Part shown: piece by piece, positions 59,678 through 64,000 of the stretch
How positions within the stretch are numbered: the first letter of the stretch is position 1
How the letters are laid out: every line of letters begins with the position of its first letter
NCBI RefSeq assembly: GCF_009914755.1
Contig: NC_060927.1
From: the human T2T-CHM13v2.0 reference genome, Homo sapiens
Length of the DNA stretch: 64,000 bases
Reading direction: 5' to 3' (one strand)
Program-made: the position numbers and the translations under genes
The notes under the pieces: model-generated
Databases searched by the model: none
What the model was told of the DNA's origin: nothing
The model's input: the letters and a program-made list of their open reading frames with translations, nothing else

Positions 59678-60559
59678 TCACAATAAATATATATAGTGAT
59701 ATATGTATATCACTTTATTCGACTCTATAGGAGTTAAAAAGGTAGAAGCAGAACTTGTTTTTCATGGAGTTTAGAATCCACATAGTTGTTTATTTTTTTT
59801 AATCAAAGAATGAAATAGTGACACCCAAGAAGAGCCCGGTATATGCAATGAAAATTACAAGTCAAATAACTTTCCTTGGTCTTTTCCAATGTTTAGGAGA
59901 AGCCCATACTTAGTCCATATACAAGTCACTTATGTAATTGTCATTTTGATATGGTTATTTCCTAAACATTGTTACATTTCCTTAAAGTGTTCACATTAGC
60001 ATCCTCAAATGAAAATGCTATCATTGTCTTTATAGATGTTAAGACTCTCGAGTCTTAAAAATCTTTAAGACTTTAAACGTATAGACTCATTATTTTAAAC
60101 ACAAGAACACATCTTGAACAGTATTAGGTTTAAATTTATTTCCAAATGACAAACTAAAAAAAAGTATGCAAAGCAAAGTAGATAACTTTACATGAACCTT
60201 GCCCAGCACAGTGATTTAATGAGATGCCCTTTCATTTGGCCTTGAGTTAGAGCAAAAGCAAAACTGACAACTCAGGTGGAGAAGTGGTAAATGAGAAACG
60301 AAACTTGGCCTGTGGTTTCATGTTTAAAGCAAAAATACAGATTCAGAGCACTTGAAGATAGATGAGAATGGCTACCTTATTTCTAATAAAAAAGATGTTT
60401 ATGCAATTCAGACCTGACTTGTGTATGTTAATAGAAATAGCTTAAAAATCGGAAAATCAGTAAAGAATTGAGTAAAAGTCAATTCAGAACTGTATAACTT
60501 AGTCCTCAGGATTTCAAATCAATGTGTCTTTCCTATAATAATTCAAACATAGAAAAGAA

Positions 60560-61210
60560 TACTGCCAAAAAGTTTGTAAATTTATATTTAGCATGATACA
60601 TAATATTAAAAAAAACAAAATATGGTTTTACCTATTAAACTGACAAAGAGTGAAACATTAAATACTAAGTTTGACCAGGATTGGGTCTGCGGGTGTGAGG
60701 GAAGCTTATTGAGTGTAAATTGATTAAGCTTTGTAGAAAAAATTTAGAAACCTATATCAAAAGCAATTCCACTTCCAAGATTTTGCCCTAAAAAATCATT
60801 ACGGCCAGGTGAAAAGACATATGCACATGTATTTTTATTGCAGCATTGTTCATAAAAGCAGGAAAGTGAAAACAATCCAAATGTCCAAATTGACTGAGTA
60901 AATTAAAATTCATGCACTTTCTTACAATGGAATACTATGCAGCCTTTAAAAATACTGTACCATATACTGAAGTGGAAAGACCTTAATAATAAATCCAATG
61001 AAATTAAGTGAAAAAAGCAGACTACAAAACTATATCTATAGGATGACCACATTATTTGTGACTATTTTATTCATATATGAATGCAAAAATACTGGAACCC
61101 TATACAGCAAAATGTTAACTTTGTGAAGTTACAAGTGATTTTTATATTTATTATTACTTGTATTTTCCAAAAAAAAATGCATTAATTTTGTAGTAATAAA
61201 AAAAGCTAAA
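60560..61210 (+). mobile_element. Degenerate L1ME-type 3' end
   Basis: agcaattccacttccaagattttgccctaa..tttattgcagcattgttcataaaagc..caatggaatactatgcagcctttaaaaa. Confidence 0.75.
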
Positions 61211-62224
61211 ATTTAGTTTAGGCTTTCAATGAAGTACCCAAGATAAAAATAGTAGCTAAATTTATTATAAAACATCATTTCTGAGTTGTAGGTCCTCTAG
61301 TTTTTCAATTACTGTGTTTCTGATCTGTGAGTATAATCCCTACATTGGCCTTGAGACCTCCCCTAGTAATCATCTGTTTCTTTCTAGGATGACCCGCTGT
61401 TTCCTTTACAAGTACCCAATTCCTTAAAAGCAACAGTTTTAGAACTGCTATGCATTTAAAATTTGAAAATGGTGATGAACATTTCAGCATGCAGGCAGGA
61501 CCTTTATTCTCCCATAATGTCTCTTAGCACAGCAACTATTGCATCCTGCATAGTGACTCATCTGGTGCCATGTCTGTCCACCAGGTAGGAAGAGAGCTCC
61601 CTCCACCCTGGGGATGGGGGAAGAGAAGAAGCCACATCTTCATTTTTTGTAGCCATATGCTTGGCTTCTTCCATATCAAGCACTCATCATTGTTGAACTA
61701 AACTGAACATGCTAGAAAAATCTCACCATTGATTAAAATAAAAATGAAAAACATTTAAAATGTTAAATATTAAATTTTTATATTCATACTTTTGCTTGAA
61801 TGTCTTTTGTTTATGATATGCTGTAACTATGAGGGACAGGGAGTCTATTACAGTCATCAGGAGCAATCTTGCCACTGTCCTTTAACTTTTTTGATCATTC
61901 CAGCTGTACTTGAGTAGAGAAATAACTGATGCAATATCCTTTACTTCAGCCCTTTCTTGGTGTAACATTGATTTTCTATTTAAATGGAAAACTTTTCTGA
62001 ATTCAGGTCCAATATGCCTAGTATTGGACCAAAAATAGTGATTTCTAATCACTGTGTGATAGTCAGGAGTTCCACCGGCTATTGCCAGGGTATTATAAAT
62101 CTTTCCACAAACTCCAAACCTATATTCCACATTAGATAATAAGTAACTTATGTGACTATGCACTTTTGAGAGAGACTGAGAGTGGGATTATGAAGTCAAA
62201 CAATTGATCAGAAGATAACTTCTA

Positions 62225-63281
62225 TAAAGGCTGTTGCTGTGTTTTGGCTCAGCCCCACTGCTCCAGAAGGTACACGCCATAAGCTTTGGCAATGCCCGTG
62301 TGGTATTTAGTCTGTAAGCATGAAGAATGCAAGAGCTGTGAGGCATGACTGCCTCCATTTAGGTTTCAAAGTGTAATGCCTGGTGGAGCTGTGGAAGTGT
62401 AGTGACCCCCAAGATTACAGAACTATAGGATACCAGTGTGAAACTCCAGCTTGGGACAGCTAAAGCATGGACTGAGCCCAGCAAAGTCACAGGGACAGGG
62501 CTGTCAGAGGCCTTGGGAGCCCAACTCCCACCTCAGTGTGCCCCGGATGCAGGACATGGAGCCAAAGGAGACTATTCTCTAAATTTAAGACTTAATGTTG
62601 CTTTCCCTGAAGGGTTTTGGACTTGCTTGGGACCAGTTACCCCTTCTTTCCTGCTTCTCTCTTTTGGAATGGAAATGTCTATTCTATGCCTATCTCACCA
62701 TTGTGTCGGATCTCACCATTGTATCGTGGAAGTAGATTACTTGTTTTCATTTCACAGGCTCACAGCTGGAGAGTATTAGCCTCAAGATAAATTGTAGGTT
62801 GAGTGTCTGATTTAGATGAGACTTTTGAGTTGATGCCAGAATGAGTTAAGACTTTGAGGGCTATCAAGATGGAATGAATGTATTTTGCACATAAGAATAA
62901 GATGAATTTTGGGGCAACAGGGATGAAGTGCTGTGGTTTAAGTGTCCCTGCCAAAACTCATGTTGAAATTTAATTGCCACTGTGACAGTGTTGAGAGGTG
63001 GGACCTTTAGGAGGTGATTGGGTCGGGGCTCCACCCTATGAATGAATTAAGGCCATTATTATGGGAATAGGTTAGTTATCATGGGACTTTGGCTGTCTGT
63101 TTCCCTTTCTTTTGCCCTTCCACCTTCTGCTCTTCAGTCATGGGATGACCCTCAGCAGATACCAGCACCATGCTCTTGGATTTCCCAGCTTCCAGAACCA
63201 TGAGCCAAACAAACTTCTTTGGTTTATAAATTACCTAATCTGTGATATTCTGTTATAGCAGCAGAAAATGAAATAAGACAG
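62225..63281 (+). mobile_element. MaLR (MST) internal 3' fragment plus 3' LTR (LTR ~62929-63281)
   Basis: MaLR-int motifs (ggagccaaaggagactattct..ttggacttgcttgggacc..gagttaagactttg) then LTR tgctgtggttt..ggtgggacctttagg..tctgttatagcagcagaaaatgaaataagaca. Confidence 0.85.
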
Positions 63282-63424
63282 ATGTCAAAATGCTATTCTG
63301 ACTAATTTTCCATTGCTGGCACTTCCTAAAAAGAACAGAGTTATCTCAACTATCATGATATAAAATGTTTAAATCATCAATTTATAATTTTTGTTATGAC
63401 TTAACTGTTACCATTGGGAGGGTA

Positions 63425-63800
63425 AGATAGCATTGTGGTTAAAGAACACTGACAGAACTGAATTTGCCATTTATTAGCTATGGAAGATGAGCAAGTTTCA
63501 TAACTTTCCTGAGCCTGATTTCTCTCTATAAAATAGGAACAATTATACTTGCTTTAGAAAACAGTAGTACCTCTAATTAATTAAGATGAAAATGTAAGGA
63601 ATTCAGAAAATTACCTGGTACATACTAAGAGTTTAATAAATGATAGTTGAGGAAACATTCCCATTTTATAGATGAAGAAAATAGCCCTCAGAGGAATCAT
63701 TTCACATAATTATTAATGTAACGAACCAGAAATGAAACCCCAATTTCAGTTAAGCTCAGACCTACGTAATCGCAAAGCTCATGGCCTTTCCACTTCACTG
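63425..63800. mobile_element. Two MIR fragments in opposite orientations
   Basis: gtggttaaagaacac..gcaagtttcataactttcctgagcctg (+), then cccattttatagatgaagaaaa (-). Confidence 0.65.
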
Positions 63801-64000
63801 TATTCTTTCCTGATTCCCAGATTTTCTCTTTCTCTCTCTCCCCACTACCTTTGCCTAATTGCAATAATTTTCACTCAAATTATTTTTCTTATTTTTTCCA
63901 AAGCAAATATCTCAAATAAACAAATCCTTTGCCTATTCACAATTAATACTAAAAAAAGATGCTTCTTGAGGGAAGAGGAAGTCCATTTTATTAAAAATAT

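Noticed and set aside
60039-60058. Short palindrome TTAAGACTC-TC-GAGTCTTAA, and the AT palindrome near 59645-59680
   Set aside because: Short and AT-rich; plausible by chance or from a (TA)n microsatellite.

Overview
Human-like genomic DNA: AT-rich and dense in Alu, L1, L2, MIR and MaLR/ERVL repeats. The gene content matches the OR5K2-CLDND1-GPR15 interval of chromosome 3q, recognised from the protein sequences. From left to right: two old L1 elements; intronless olfactory receptor OR5K2 (+, 17366-18316); a repeat-rich spacer; multi-exon CLDND1 (-) with a CpG-island/ZNF143 promoter near 42.6 kb; an RPL38 processed pseudogene (-); intronless GPCR GPR15 (+, 51718-52800) with a lymphoid-type promoter and a candidate AHR-responsive 3' enhancer; then further repeats. 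The most interesting signals concern CLDND1 RNA processing. First, a 44-nt cassette exon switches a strong upstream ATG between an overlapping uORF and an in-frame N-terminal extension. Second, there are two candidate distal alternative last exons: one in an LTR at ~26.4 kb, and one at ~21.2 kb whose 3' splice site lies next to a 39-bp-stem hairpin that would bring a distant branch point into range. Third, a perfect 33-bp inverted repeat 9 kb apart has a patchwork junction resembling a templated-insertion scar. Repeat subfamily calls are by eye and their boundaries are approximate.
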